Shown: positions 25,896-35,717 of the stretch, one piece after another
Position numbering within the stretch: position 1 is the stretch's first letter
Layout of the letters: each line of letters opens with the position of its first letter
Virus record (IMG/VR): IMGVR_UViG_3300011008_000142
Strand: one strand, 5' to 3'
Length of the DNA stretch: 55,810 nt
Origin: a virus
The notes under the pieces: model-generated
What the model saw: only the letters and a program-made list of their open reading frames with translations
The model's database searches: none
Told to the model about the DNA's origin: nothing
Translations under genes and position numbers: made by a program

Positions 25896-26441
25896 TCACC
25901 ATCCATTCAGGATCCGGGTCACTTCATGTTCCATACGTTCATCGTAGGTCTCGGTGATCGTCTGGTCCATCTGCGCCTTTACTTCCTCATCGTTCATCAT
26001 CTGCGCAGTTGCAGGGCCGTACTTCTGCTCAATCGGCAGGCGACTCGTGCCTTTGCGCTCGAATACGCCGCCGCCGAGCTTCGCATCAATAAAGCCGCGG
26101 CGGATGTTGCCGCCGCCCTGCTTCGCCCTGGCGTATACGCCAGAAGCGGACGATCTCACCTTGAATTCCTTCAAGGGGATCACCGCACCGGAAAAGGTTA
26201 TGGTGAGGAACGCCGTGCCCTCGCCTCTGACCTTTTCCGTGGTATGCGATTTGAACTGACCAGCGCTGATCTGATAGCGTGCTGACGCGAGCCGTCCAGC
26301 CTGAGTCCGGGCCTTTTGCCCGGCTCGTTTCATGGCGTCGTACTGAGCCCGTTCCAACGCACCCGGAATACCAGCCAACGCATTGGCGTAGCGTTGGGTT
26401 GCGTTGGATGCATCCAGAATCTCGAACTTCACATAGCTCAT
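25896..26441 (-). CDS. Putative neck/tail-completion protein (HK97 gp10 / lambda gpZ-like)
   Basis: Position and general pattern (A..A..RA..K.RT.A.R). Confidence 0.35.
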   Translation of the reverse strand: MSYVKFEILDASNATQRYANALAGIPGALERAQYDAMKRAGQKARTQAGRLASARYQISAGQFKSHTTEKVRGEGTAFLTITFSGAVIPLKEFKVRSSASGVYARAKQGGGNIRRGFIDAKLGGGVFERKGTSRLPIEQKYGPATAQMMNDEEVKAQMDQTITETYDERMEHEVTRILNGW

Positions 26442-26815
26442 TCGTCATACGCCTCCAGCTCCAGACGAAGCATCCCCATCTCAACGGCAACCTGGGCGAT
26501 TATGTACTTAACGTAATAATTGCCGTCCTCGGCGTCGTTGATTTCCAGCCGCATTCCCTTCTTCGGGATGGTCCCGCCGAGATCGGCAAGGTCACAATGC
26601 AGCGTCTGCGAAACGATGTAGAGCCCGGCGGCATGATCCTGAACGGTCTGGTGCCGGTCCTTCTCTTTGATGTTGGACAGCACAACGGAGATCCCTGTAC
26701 CGCCATCGCCGGCGTAGGTCTCTCCGTCGTACTTCACAATCCGTCGTTCCGCAAATTCATCAGTGGACAGAAACACGGCTTGGATGTCATTGGCAACCAT
26801 GTCCCTGAAACTCAT
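26438..26815 (-). CDS. Putative head-tail connector protein
   Basis: N-terminal MSFRDMVANDIQAVFLSTDEFAE pattern, common in head-closure/adaptor proteins. Position supports the call. Confidence 0.4.
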   Translation of the reverse strand: MSFRDMVANDIQAVFLSTDEFAERRIVKYDGETYAGDGGTGISVVLSNIKEKDRHQTVQDHAAGLYIVSQTLHCDLADLGGTIPKKGMRLEINDAEDGNYYVKYIIAQVAVEMGMLRLELEAYDE

Positions 26816-27285
26816 ACGATAGGCGCCTCCGCATTCAGATCAGGCGGCTCATCATCATCCGCAGCTTCGGGATCTTCGGTGTCTTCGATATCTATCTCCA
26901 CCGAAGTAAGAAGAGCAACGTACTGCTCCTTATTCCGGCACTTGGAAGCATCGAGCCCCATATCCTCCGCCAGCTTCTTCAGTGCAGCGTTGGTCATGGT
27001 ACGAAGCTGGTCGGGGTCAAGATGACCCCCTGCGGCCTCTTCGTCGCCCTGAGAGGCGTTTTCGGCGGCAGGCGGTGTAGACACCTCTCCCGCGTTCTCC
27101 GGTTCCTCTCCGGCCGCGGAATCGTTTCTGGGCAATGTTTGAGCATGATCGGGGGCTCCCACACGAACAGCGACGCCAAGCGAGACGAGGCGTTCTTCTG
27201 TCGCCTCGTCCGCCGAGAAAGCGCCGGTGGAAGCCGAGTGGATGTCATGGCCAACGCGGGTGCTTCCATATACCATACGGATCAT
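26812..27285 (-). CDS. Hypothetical head-associated protein with Rho_N/HeH-like motif
   Basis: LRTMTNAALKKLAEDMGLDASKCRNKEQYVALL resembles the Rho-N/SAP-like helix-extended-helix. Acidic low-complexity flanks. Confidence 0.45.
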   Translation of the reverse strand: MIRMVYGSTRVGHDIHSASTGAFSADEATEERLVSLGVAVRVGAPDHAQTLPRNDSAAGEEPENAGEVSTPPAAENASQGDEEAAGGHLDPDQLRTMTNAALKKLAEDMGLDASKCRNKEQYVALLTSVEIDIEDTEDPEAADDDEPPDLNAEAPIV

Positions 27286-27312
27286 ATCCTTTGCTCCTTT
27301 CTGGCTGGTGGA

Positions 27313-28404
27313 TCAGTTGCCGAAGACCTTCTTGGCGGCAATCCACGGCGTGGTGGAACGAGGCACATACAGCGGGCGGCAGGAGACGATGGTCTCATCC
27401 GCAGGGGGAACGATGGTGCTGATGTGGTTCGGGACGCGCATACCGGCATAGGTGTGCCACTCGTTGTCCATCTCCTTCTGCGTGACCGCTCCGTACAGGC
27501 CGCGACCACAGTTCGGCGCGGTGACGATGACGCTCCCGTTCTCGAGGAAAGGCGTCTCGGTGCCTTCCTCATCCTCGAACGTACCGTCGTTAACCAGGAT
27601 GTTCAGCCGACGTCCGCCAAAGTTGTAGGAGCCGAGACTGGTGACATAGGGGGTCAGCGCCTCGGGATTGATGGCACCGTACTCAGCACGGCGGTTGTCC
27701 ATCATTTCGACGACCCAGGGATCCTCCTGGAGGAAGTTTCCGACGTCGTTGGCAACGAGCAAATCGACCGCCGGACGGCCACGCTGGACAAGCATCTTGA
27801 TCATAGAGCAGATGTCGTTGTACCAGTTGCCCCTGGTGATGACGCCGGCGGAGGACTTGGTGCTGTGCGTCCAGGGGTTACCCGGCGTGAAAGCCCCAGG
27901 GTTGTTGGCTCCTTCATAGAATTTGACAGGGATGTCCTCATAGACATCGGGATCGTCGCTCTGGTGACGCATGATCGTGCCGTTGTTGAGCATGGTATCG
28001 CAGGACAGCCATTCCTCACGGCGGGTAATGCGGGCAGACAGGTCACTCAGATCACCCATGAGAAGACGGCGCGCACGCTCGGCGGGCGTCGCCGTGCTCA
28101 TCAGGCTCTCACCAAAGCCGCGCTTGTTGAGCTGGTCGATGGTGAGGGGCTTGCTGATGGAGATATTGCCGGGTTCCAGCTCATAGGTGCTGAAACCGCC
28201 GCGGCCAACAGGCAGCGCGCCGATGCGAGGCATTACGAACGGCGCCGCCTTATGGTTTCCTTCGCGGTAGTCGGCCAGAACCTTGGACGTGCCGAACACA
28301 TCGAGGTCCTGATTTGTCGGGAAATACCGACGCTTGAAGAAATTGGGCTCGGGGTCGAGCTGTTCGACCGCAGCGAGCATATACAGGGTATCGTAAATAT
28401 CCAT
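27313..28404 (-). CDS. Major capsid protein, lambda gpE-like
   Basis: Start at MDIYDTLYMLAAVEQL after AGGAGGAAAGTGAAG. The pattern F.RRYFP....f....v..D.....AP.V matches the capsid protein E family. Confidence 0.85.
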   Translation of the reverse strand: MDIYDTLYMLAAVEQLDPEPNFFKRRYFPTNQDLDVFGTSKVLADYREGNHKAAPFVMPRIGALPVGRGGFSTYELEPGNISISKPLTIDQLNKRGFGESLMSTATPAERARRLLMGDLSDLSARITRREEWLSCDTMLNNGTIMRHQSDDPDVYEDIPVKFYEGANNPGAFTPGNPWTHSTKSSAGVITRGNWYNDICSMIKMLVQRGRPAVDLLVANDVGNFLQEDPWVVEMMDNRRAEYGAINPEALTPYVTSLGSYNFGGRRLNILVNDGTFEDEEGTETPFLENGSVIVTAPNCGRGLYGAVTQKEMDNEWHTYAGMRVPNHISTIVPPADETIVSCRPLYVPRSTTPWIAAKKVFGN

Positions 28405-28423
28405 CTTCACTTTCCTCCTATCC

Positions 28424-28831
28424 TTAGTCCTCGAACATCTGCGTGAAGCGGATATTGTACTTACGCAGAGTGTCCTTGTCGGCGGCGGTGAGCTCGTAGC
28501 CATCGGCCACGATTACGGCATTGGGGTTGAAATTGCCGCTGCAATACGCAACGGCGGGAACGTCTGCACTGCCGCTGGCGTCCACATCATTGACGAGGAT
28601 AGCGGAAGGTTCACCGACAACGGTGGTTTCCTCATCGTCGCCCTCGCCGGTGGTGGCGGTCGTGCCGTAGACGATGTAGGCGCCGCTGTCCGAACGGGCC
28701 AGCACAGTGCCGCGCTTCAGTTCACCCTCACCGGCGGCGATCTTCACGCCGGTCGTGAGGGCGCTGGGGAACAGCCGTGCGATCAGGTTGTCCTGATCGA
28801 TGCTCCCGACTTTGTTGACGAGATTATCCAT
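28424..28831 (-). CDS. Head decoration protein, lambda gpD-like
   Basis: Start at MDNLVNKV. The pattern ...LKRGTVLA......Y..Y........ILV.DVDAS...V.AY.SG.FN is typical of gpD-like decoration proteins. Confidence 0.7.
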   Translation of the reverse strand: MDNLVNKVGSIDQDNLIARLFPSALTTGVKIAAGEGELKRGTVLARSDSGAYIVYGTTATTGEGDDEETTVVGEPSAILVNDVDASGSADVPAVAYCSGNFNPNAVIVADGYELTAADKDTLRKYNIRFTQMFED

Positions 28832-28832
28832 G

Positions 28833-30068
28833 TTATCGCGCCTCCTTCTTACTTTCGTTGTAGGCCTTCGCATCCGCGCGGGCCTGCTCAATGGTGTTCT
28901 TCTCGCCGCCCTCCGCAGGTGCGGGCGCGGGCTTGACGCCGTTGACGCCGGACACCTCGGCATCCGCCGCCGCGTCAGCGAGGAACTTGCTGCCCTGCTT
29001 CGCCGCGGCCTGCGCAGCGCGGAGCGTCATTTCGGCGGCGGTGCAGGGCGATTCGCCGTACTTAGCCTCCTTGACGAGCTCGGGGTCAAACAGACTCGCA
29101 ACCTCGTCAATCCCGGCCAGCCGATCACGCTCGGCTTTTACAGCATCGTCCGCCGCAGCGGTGGTGTCAACGGCAGCTCTGGCCTCGGCCTCCACCTGAG
29201 CAACCTCGTCCGGGTATTTCTCCCGGAACTCTTTGATGGTCATTTGGTTTCCTCCTTTGTTACCGCCGGTGACCTCCGGCTGTTTTATATTTGTCTCGAC
29301 CGAGGCAGGCGCCTCGGATTTGACCGTAGGTATGGTGTCGGGAGCGAACATCCCGGACGCGAGATGCATCTCGCGTCCGCGCACAAAAAGAGCGCGGCCA
29401 TCCGCGCTCGCTGCGATATCGACCGGTTCCGCGTCCTCGAGGATTTCGTCGACAAAGCCCTTTTCCTTGGCCTCGCGCCCGGTCATATATGTCGTCTCGG
29501 CCATCATGCCAAGGATTTCCTCGTCGGACAGGCCGGTCTTACGCTTGTAGACCTCCACTTGCATCTTGTCCCAGGCATCGTTCGTATCTGCCATCTTCCG
29601 CATTTCGTCGGCGTTATAACCGCCGAACAGGAAAACCCAGCCCTTATGAATCATGATGAGGCTGGACGGATTCGCCCGGACCGTATCACAGGCACACATG
29701 ATCAGGCTCCCTCCGCTCATGGACACTCCGTCAACGACACAGGTCAGATTTGCTCCACCCCGCGCCAACTCGCGAAGGCGGTTATGAATGGTGTTCGACA
29801 CACCGGCATCGCCGCCGTAGCTGTTCATTCGGATGGTGATGTTCTTACAGCCTTCGACGGTCTTCAGATCTTCCAGGAACTCCGACAGCAGAATAAACTG
29901 CCCCTCGATAGGCTCTCCCGTCCAAAAATCGACCGGCTGACTTTCATAGATATCACCATACATCGTGATCTCGGCGTTCTGACCATCCGTGGTGGCCATT
30001 GTGTAAACCGGTTTTTGGATATTAATTGCTTTGGGCTGCGGCATTTCCGTCTTCTCCCTTCGTATCAT
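28833..30068 (-). CDS. Prohead protease (ClpP/S49-like) with C-terminal scaffold-like domain
   Basis: ITIRMNSYGGDAGVSNTIHNRL...VDGVSMSGGSLIMCACD...IMIHKG (ClpP-type Ser/His region). Ala/Glu-rich C-terminus. The true start may be an internal Met. Confidence 0.8.
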   Translation of the reverse strand: MIRREKTEMPQPKAINIQKPVYTMATTDGQNAEITMYGDIYESQPVDFWTGEPIEGQFILLSEFLEDLKTVEGCKNITIRMNSYGGDAGVSNTIHNRLRELARGGANLTCVVDGVSMSGGSLIMCACDTVRANPSSLIMIHKGWVFLFGGYNADEMRKMADTNDAWDKMQVEVYKRKTGLSDEEILGMMAETTYMTGREAKEKGFVDEILEDAEPVDIAASADGRALFVRGREMHLASGMFAPDTIPTVKSEAPASVETNIKQPEVTGGNKGGNQMTIKEFREKYPDEVAQVEAEARAAVDTTAAADDAVKAERDRLAGIDEVASLFDPELVKEAKYGESPCTAAEMTLRAAQAAAKQGSKFLADAAADAEVSGVNGVKPAPAPAEGGEKNTIEQARADAKAYNESKKEAR

Positions 30069-31665
30069 CGTTTTCAGCGCTCACTTTCACTTCGAGGTTT
30101 CCGCCCGCTTCCGTAAGGCGTTTATTCTCGTCCGCGAGAATGGCGATGTTCTCCTCCCAGTCTCCGCCCGTCATTTCGCGCGTGACCTGCGCGTGAGTCT
30201 TGATGCCGCGGTTGATAAGCAGGATCGCGGCCTCGGCCTCCTTCTTTGGGTCGAGCTGGCTCTGCACCGGGCCCATCCACTGAGCGCCGCACCATGCGGT
30301 ACGGAGCAGCGGATCATCGAAAAAGCCCGGGGCCTTGATACGGCCACGGGCAACAGCTTCGGCAAGCCACACTTCATAGGTCGGCTGGCACAGATCATCA
30401 ACGAACCATGCCCGCCGCATCTTCACGGCCTCCCACGCTTCGAGTAGGGCGCCGCGGGCGGCTGAATAACTGGCATCAAATTTTTTAAGCAGCACATCGG
30501 ACGGCAGCTCCAAGGCTGCGCCCATTTCCCGACACATGGTTTCAAAGAATTTCTCGAAGCCGGCGCTCGGTACATTCGGATTTCCAAAATTAACTTTTTC
30601 ACCCGTCTTCAGATGGAAGACGTTGCCCGGACCCATCTCGTATTCGTGATCGTCATCCGAGACTGTCCCGGTCGGCTCCTCGCCGGGAATACCCTCGCCG
30701 CTGCCGACCTCAGAAAACGGCAAATCAACCGGGCTACTCTCCGTTTCGATCCACGCCGTGAAGAAGGTCTGGATCAGTGCTGCCCACAGCTCGCTTTCCG
30801 TATATCGCCGGAGCTGAAGCAGCGGTTCGATGACCTGGGCGAGATACGGGACGCCGCGGTATTGGTCCGGGCGCTCGCTGTCCATGATGTGCAGGACATT
30901 CGGAAGGCCCGTCCGTTCTCCGTCGGCAAGTACGCGTGTCCATTTCATCGCCCCTCGCACCCAGTCACCGGGGAAGTGGTCACAGATGTGATACGCTATC
31001 ACCCGGCCATCCGCATCGACCTCAACACCGTCATGCACACGATTTCCGGCACCCGGTTCCCCTTCGGGTACGATACCCTCGGTAACTCCGCTGATCGTTC
31101 GGCCACCGTAAATCCCGTTCGGCGTACACACGCGGTCTGCCTCGATCACATGGAGCCGAAGTCCATAAGGATTGAGTGGCGTCGGCTCCTTACGACAGAA
31201 CAGCACAAAAACGTCGCCACTCAGCAACCATGCCTTAAGCGCCAACTGCTGCAGAGCAGCAAAGTTATTCAGCCCCAGGGCATCGCAGTTCTGACGCCTG
31301 TTCGCCCAAAGCCCAAACTCCGCCTCAGCCTTATGCTGCCAATCTTTCGCAGCCTCCTGGGTAAGCCCCAGCACTTCACGGTCTATGGTGCTTTTGAGCG
31401 TCAGGCCCATACCTACGACTTTTGTGCGGTTGGTATTGATAGCCGATGTTGCCACCGGCGAGGCCATATAAAGCATTCGGGAACGCTGGCGAAGGGTATC
31501 GTTGTTGTTATCGATATCCTCCCGGGGCGATCCGCTGCGGGCAGTGAAGCCTTTGAGCGCCCGCCGTGTACGGCTCGCGCCGGCTTCGCTGTATCCTTTT
31601 GCCTGCGGACGAAGGGCGTCGGGCAAAAGCAGGCCCGTATTCTTGTCCCTGTAAATGGCGTCCAC
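30022..31665 (-). CDS. Portal protein, lambda gpB family
   Basis: 547 aa. Pattern RSRMLYMASPVATSAINTNRTKVVG, and position between gpW and the protease. Confidence 0.85.
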   Translation of the reverse strand: MDAIYRDKNTGLLLPDALRPQAKGYSEAGASRTRRALKGFTARSGSPREDIDNNNDTLRQRSRMLYMASPVATSAINTNRTKVVGMGLTLKSTIDREVLGLTQEAAKDWQHKAEAEFGLWANRRQNCDALGLNNFAALQQLALKAWLLSGDVFVLFCRKEPTPLNPYGLRLHVIEADRVCTPNGIYGGRTISGVTEGIVPEGEPGAGNRVHDGVEVDADGRVIAYHICDHFPGDWVRGAMKWTRVLADGERTGLPNVLHIMDSERPDQYRGVPYLAQVIEPLLQLRRYTESELWAALIQTFFTAWIETESSPVDLPFSEVGSGEGIPGEEPTGTVSDDDHEYEMGPGNVFHLKTGEKVNFGNPNVPSAGFEKFFETMCREMGAALELPSDVLLKKFDASYSAARGALLEAWEAVKMRRAWFVDDLCQPTYEVWLAEAVARGRIKAPGFFDDPLLRTAWCGAQWMGPVQSQLDPKKEAEAAILLINRGIKTHAQVTREMTGGDWEENIAILADENKRLTEAGGNLEVKVSAENDDTKGEDGNAAAQSN

Positions 31666-31755
31666 CTCCCATGGATTTTATATAAGCAGCCCCGCGGAGC
31701 AGGAGCAAGACTACGCGGAGCTGCCTTTGGTAATGCCCGTCCGGGCCGTTACCCA

Positions 31756-32013
31756 TTACCAATCGCGGGGGACGATACCCACCGCTTTTCGAGGACCGTT
31801 GCCCTCCAAAGCTGCCTCCAGCTCGTCAATCTTCTCCTCGATTTTCTCTATCTGTTTGAGCAAAACCGGAAGATCAAAGCGCGTGAGCTGACGATCGTCG
31901 ATCATGTATGACTTCACGCCGCCGGATACTAAAGCTTTATAGGCCGCCTGGAGCTTTTCATACATGCCGTTCCAGTAATTCAGCCGCCTTTCTATAGTCT
32001 TTTTCGATGCCAT
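31756..32013 (-). CDS. Head-tail joining protein gpW-like
   Basis: 85 aa. GGVKSYMIDDRQLTRFDLPVLLKQIE matches the lambda gpW pattern. Position after TerL. Confidence 0.7.
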   Translation of the reverse strand: MASKKTIERRLNYWNGMYEKLQAAYKALVSGGVKSYMIDDRQLTRFDLPVLLKQIEKIEEKIDELEAALEGNGPRKAVGIVPRDW

Positions 32014-32023
32014 GATTCACACC

Positions 32024-33997
32024 TCACCAGCTGTCAAATTGTTTTGATAACCCGCCGCTTCTGCGCTGTGCAGGTTTGCTTTTCGGCACTATTACGGAGT
32101 TGCCGTTTGAAGCCTGTCCCCGTGCGGTCTTGAGCCGACGGTCGATCTCGTCCAGGTTCGGCGCCAGGGCTTTAAATGCGGCAATGGCATAGTTCCGGCA
32201 GTCGAGGCGCTCATTTCGCTCATGCCCGGGGATCTTCACCCATGACCACGGCTGCTTCTTCTCTGCGTTGTATACCAAGTGCTCAGACAGGAGCCCTTTG
32301 AAATATGCCGTGCCATAATCGTCTCGCTTTGGGAAGTGGCAGTATTTCGAGCCCGGTTTCTTCACTCGTAGGTTGTCCATGATGATCTGCTTCCCGGCAT
32401 CCACACCGAGCTGATATTGCCAGCACATACCGATCGCCACACCACCGACCACGATCTTGATCTTCTTCGGTGGCGACGTATACGGGCGATCCCGCCCGGA
32501 GAATCCCTTTATGCAGAACACCTTTTTGCCGAGCCGTTCCCGGCAGCGGCGGCGAACCTCCTGGGTGAAATGGCCGCCCTCGTCAACAAACGTCAGGCTC
32601 ATACGCAGCCCCATGCCGTCCTTGAAGGTGTATACATGGTCAATGAGCTCGTCAAGTTCGTCCCATACTTCGGCAATATCTGGGCGGCCGAGGATAATCC
32701 CAGCCTTTATGCCCCATGTTTCACCGAAATGACCGTGACCAACAATCTCATATTCCAGTCGGTCATCCTGTGTATCGACGCCGCATGTCAGACAGAGAAC
32801 ACCATCCGGCAGCTCGGCAGGGTATTCCTCGCGCCGCGCCATGAGGCTGTCCTCGTCCTCGATGTCGCCGCGGTCCTCCCACAGTTCCCCGAAGCGCGTA
32901 TTATAAACGACCTGCAGAGCCTTGGAATCACCCAGAGCATACAGATATTCGAGAATCGTAGATTCCCATGAAGCCCATGGACTCACGAAGGAGTTTAGCC
33001 AGAAGGAACGGACGCCTCGTTTGTATGCATCTGGATTGTCTGCGATCCACTTTGCGGGTTGCTTTTTTATCTGCGCTTCTGTAGATACGCTGGCGCACTC
33101 CGGGCAGATGTAATAAATATCCGAGACCTCGTACTGCTTTTCGTGCTGCACAATGCTCTCGGTGGATGTAAAGCGTATATCTGAAAAGTGAATGTCATGA
33201 TAACCGCCACAGTGAGGACACTTCACGCACCAGCGCTCCATCGTCCCCTCTGCGTAGGAGCGGGCTATCCTGCTGACGTTTTTTACGGTCGGAGTGGAAA
33301 CCTCTACCGCTTTTGAATTGTGGAAGGTTATTTGCCGCGCCGTCGCCAGTTTCCACGGGTCGCCCTCGTTACCGGCACTCAGAGCCCAGCGGTCGCGTTC
33401 GTCTCCGAATACATATCGGCACGGTGTCGAAGCGAGGTCGGAAGGCGTCTGCGAACCGCAGATGATCAGCATTCCGCCAGGGAACGTCTTTGAAAGCATC
33501 GTGTTTCCGCTGTCGCGGCTTTTCGCCTTGGAAACGCGCGTCCGCAAAACCGGCGAATCCTGAATCATCGTTCCGACGCGCAGTCTGGAAAACCTCTTGG
33601 CATCGTCAATGTCGGGATGCACATACAGGATGTTGCCGGGATCTTGATGGATGATATAGCCGATGCAGTTCAGCTCAAATTCTGATTTTCCAACCTGAGA
33701 CGCCGCAACCATTACGATACGACGAACCTTTGGATCCCTGAACGCATCCATTGGCTCTTTCAGGTATGGCGTTCTGGATGTGCGCCATGGTCCGGACTCA
33801 GCATTGCCCCTCGGAAGGCGCCGGTATTTATCCGCCCACTCGGAAACGGTAAGGTTCTCCGGCGGCTTCATTCCGGCAACTGCCTTTGCTATGGCAGCGT
33901 TCAGTTTCGCCGCGCTGCGTCTCGCCTGCGCTCGCCGGGCCTCTTCCGCCTTTGCGGCGTCAGATTCCTTCGTCATCCCGGCTTCCCCCTTCTCCAT
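32024..33997 (-). CDS. terL: Terminase large subunit, lambda GpA family
   Basis: WADKYRRLP...GPWRTSRTPYLKEPMDAF...VMVAASQVGKSE (Walker A). Zn-ribbon CPHCGG/CPEC. The start could instead be the internal MTKESD. Confidence 0.9.
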   Translation of the reverse strand: MEKGEAGMTKESDAAKAEEARRAQARRSAAKLNAAIAKAVAGMKPPENLTVSEWADKYRRLPRGNAESGPWRTSRTPYLKEPMDAFRDPKVRRIVMVAASQVGKSEFELNCIGYIIHQDPGNILYVHPDIDDAKRFSRLRVGTMIQDSPVLRTRVSKAKSRDSGNTMLSKTFPGGMLIICGSQTPSDLASTPCRYVFGDERDRWALSAGNEGDPWKLATARQITFHNSKAVEVSTPTVKNVSRIARSYAEGTMERWCVKCPHCGGYHDIHFSDIRFTSTESIVQHEKQYEVSDIYYICPECASVSTEAQIKKQPAKWIADNPDAYKRGVRSFWLNSFVSPWASWESTILEYLYALGDSKALQVVYNTRFGELWEDRGDIEDEDSLMARREEYPAELPDGVLCLTCGVDTQDDRLEYEIVGHGHFGETWGIKAGIILGRPDIAEVWDELDELIDHVYTFKDGMGLRMSLTFVDEGGHFTQEVRRRCRERLGKKVFCIKGFSGRDRPYTSPPKKIKIVVGGVAIGMCWQYQLGVDAGKQIIMDNLRVKKPGSKYCHFPKRDDYGTAYFKGLLSEHLVYNAEKKQPWSWVKIPGHERNERLDCRNYAIAAFKALAPNLDEIDRRLKTARGQASNGNSVIVPKSKPAQRRSGGLSKQFDSW

Positions 33998-34526
33998 ATT
34001 CCCAGTTCATCCGCGCTCGGACACGCTCTTCATATCGTTCAGGGTCATATTCGTAATGGGACAGTTCCTCCATGATAAGGAATACCTGTTCCCGGACGAT
34101 TTCCTCTGCCTCGGCGGAGCTTTGTGCCGCCTGTGCATCCACGGCCACGCGGCCAGGTAATGCCGTAAGCATCCCGCGGATAGAGTAAATCAGATCTTCG
34201 GTCATGGCTGCGACATCCTCTGAGCGGTGCATTTTCCCCTGTAGTTCTGCGGCTTCCAGCTTCGCAATCTCCGCCTTCGATGCTTTAAGGGTGATTTCGG
34301 CTTTTCTCCGCGCCTTTTCCAGTTTCGTATCTTCCTCACTTGGCATCTGCAGGCGAAGGAACCTTTGGTAGCTATGTACACAAGCCGCAAGTGGATATTC
34401 GTTCTTCCCGCTTGGATGCATGATGCCATCCTCCACCATCTGCCGAATACGCTTGGAGGACAGCCCCAACACCACCGCCAGTTCGGAGAGCGTGACGGTC
34501 GTTTCCTGCGTGATCTTTTCAGCCAT
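33960..34526 (-). CDS. terS: Terminase small subunit (HTH N-domain)
   Basis: N-terminal winged HTH TVTLSELAVVLGLSSKRIRQMVEDG. Overlaps the terL start. Preceded by repeated palindromic sites. Confidence 0.7.
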   Translation of the reverse strand: MAEKITQETTVTLSELAVVLGLSSKRIRQMVEDGIMHPSGKNEYPLAACVHSYQRFLRLQMPSEEDTKLEKARRKAEITLKASKAEIAKLEAAELQGKMHRSEDVAAMTEDLIYSIRGMLTALPGRVAVDAQAAQSSAEAEEIVREQVFLIMEELSHYEYDPERYEERVRARMNWEYGEGGSRDDEGI

Positions 34527-34535
34527 TTTTGCTCC

Positions 34536-34640
34536 TTTTCGTCAACTGAGAGGCTGTTTCGTACAACTCAGTTGCGTTTTCATACAACTAATTGAGGTTT
34601 CATACAACTGAGTTGAACTTTTTCCTTCAACTCTGTACTG
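34536..34640. repeat. Five phased repeats (about 21-bp spacing) containing the palindrome CAACTnAGTTG; cosB/R-site-like
   Basis: CAACT cores at 34543, 34564, 34585, 34605 and 34628. Units TTTC(G/A)TACAACTNAGTTG. Immediately upstream of terS. Confidence 0.6.
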
Positions 34641-34803
34641 AAACGACCGAATTTTGCATGGTAACTAGACGCTTTTCGGGGTCAGCGTGCCCGCTCGGCT
34701 TGGGGGGTGCCTCTCACAGTACCTTTTTCGGTCGAAATCGTCCTCGACCCGCGAACACCGTTTTCCTACCATGGAGTTTCCGCGCGCTCTGTTCTGCGAC
34801 AAG

Positions 34804-34878
34804 GCGCTTTGTTTTGTTTCTTTCTTTCGGCAAAAGAGTTCTTTTCTTTTCTCGATCAAAAGAAACAAAACGAAACGC
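34804..34878. repeat. Long imperfect inverted repeat (20-bp arms, 2 mismatches, 35-nt A/T-rich spacer)
   Basis: GCGCTTTGTTTTGTTTCTTT ... AAAGAAACAAAACGAAACGC. Confidence 0.7.
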
Positions 34879-35082
34879 TTTGTTCTGTAGCACACCCCGC
34901 CCCCACCTTTATTTCGGCCCATCTCTTTCTGATAATTGTTTCGAGAGGCAATAGTCTTTGCCAGTGCCGGGCTTGCCGTGCACCCATCGCATGGGTACCG
35001 CACCTGGTATGTACACCGTATGCGCCACACCGTGTTTTTCGCGGGGTATCGTCTCACGCGCCGCCCTTGCCCGCCTGCGCCC

Positions 35083-35113
35083 CACCACCGGGCGCGGGGG
35101 CGCCCCGGTGGTG
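35083..35113. other. GC-rich near-perfect hairpin/palindrome
   Basis: CACCACCGGGCGC-gggg-GCGCCCCGGTGGTG. Lies about 80 nt downstream of the ParB-like gene stop. Confidence 0.5.
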
Positions 35114-35192
35114 TAGAGACATAGGCAAAGGCAGAAAGCGAACAGAGGCGCATTAAACGGCTCTGCGCGCTTCCTGCCATAAAGGAGAAATG

Positions 35193-35717
35193 CTACAGGT
35201 GCGTATATATGACGGCATTGCTGTATCGGTCATGTCCCCGTGTCATAAGATCGAGGAACTCCTGCCGCGTGAATCCTGAAAGCCTGAAGATCTCTTCGGG
35301 CTTCATCCCCAGTTGCTTTCCGATCTCCGCCACGGTCTTGCCTTCGTCCATGAGCCGCTTGACGATGGCCTTCATTGGCTCGAGCAGATGGGTACCGCGG
35401 GCGCGATTGTGGGTGATGGTGCCGTACACGTCCGCACTCTCGTCGCCGGCATGATCCACGATCACCACGGGCACCTTGCCGCCCAGCATGGTATGCAGCG
35501 GCTCGCGTCCGGCGACGGTCCACCGGTGGAAGCCGTCGATGATCGTATAGTCAGGCCGGACCACGATAGGGAGCGTCCAGCCGTTCGTGAGTATGGATTG
35601 GGTCAGGAGCTTCAGGTTGTCCTCACTGACCTTGTTCGGGTTGTAGTCATTGGCACGCAGCTGCTCCCGATCCACCCATTGCAGGGAGGCCAGCGGAGCG
35701 AATGGATCCATGGCCAT
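35193..35717 (-). CDS. IbrB-like ParB/sulfiredoxin-domain protein with C-terminal HTH
   Basis: LRANDYNPNKV...ILTNGWTLPIVVRPDYTIIDGFHRW (ParB-N/Srx core), then KTVAEIGKQLGMKPEEI (HTH). Confidence 0.75.
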   Translation of the reverse strand: MAMDPFAPLASLQWVDREQLRANDYNPNKVSEDNLKLLTQSILTNGWTLPIVVRPDYTIIDGFHRWTVAGREPLHTMLGGKVPVVIVDHAGDESADVYGTITHNRARGTHLLEPMKAIVKRLMDEGKTVAEIGKQLGMKPEEIFRLSGFTRQEFLDLMTRGHDRYSNAVIYTHL

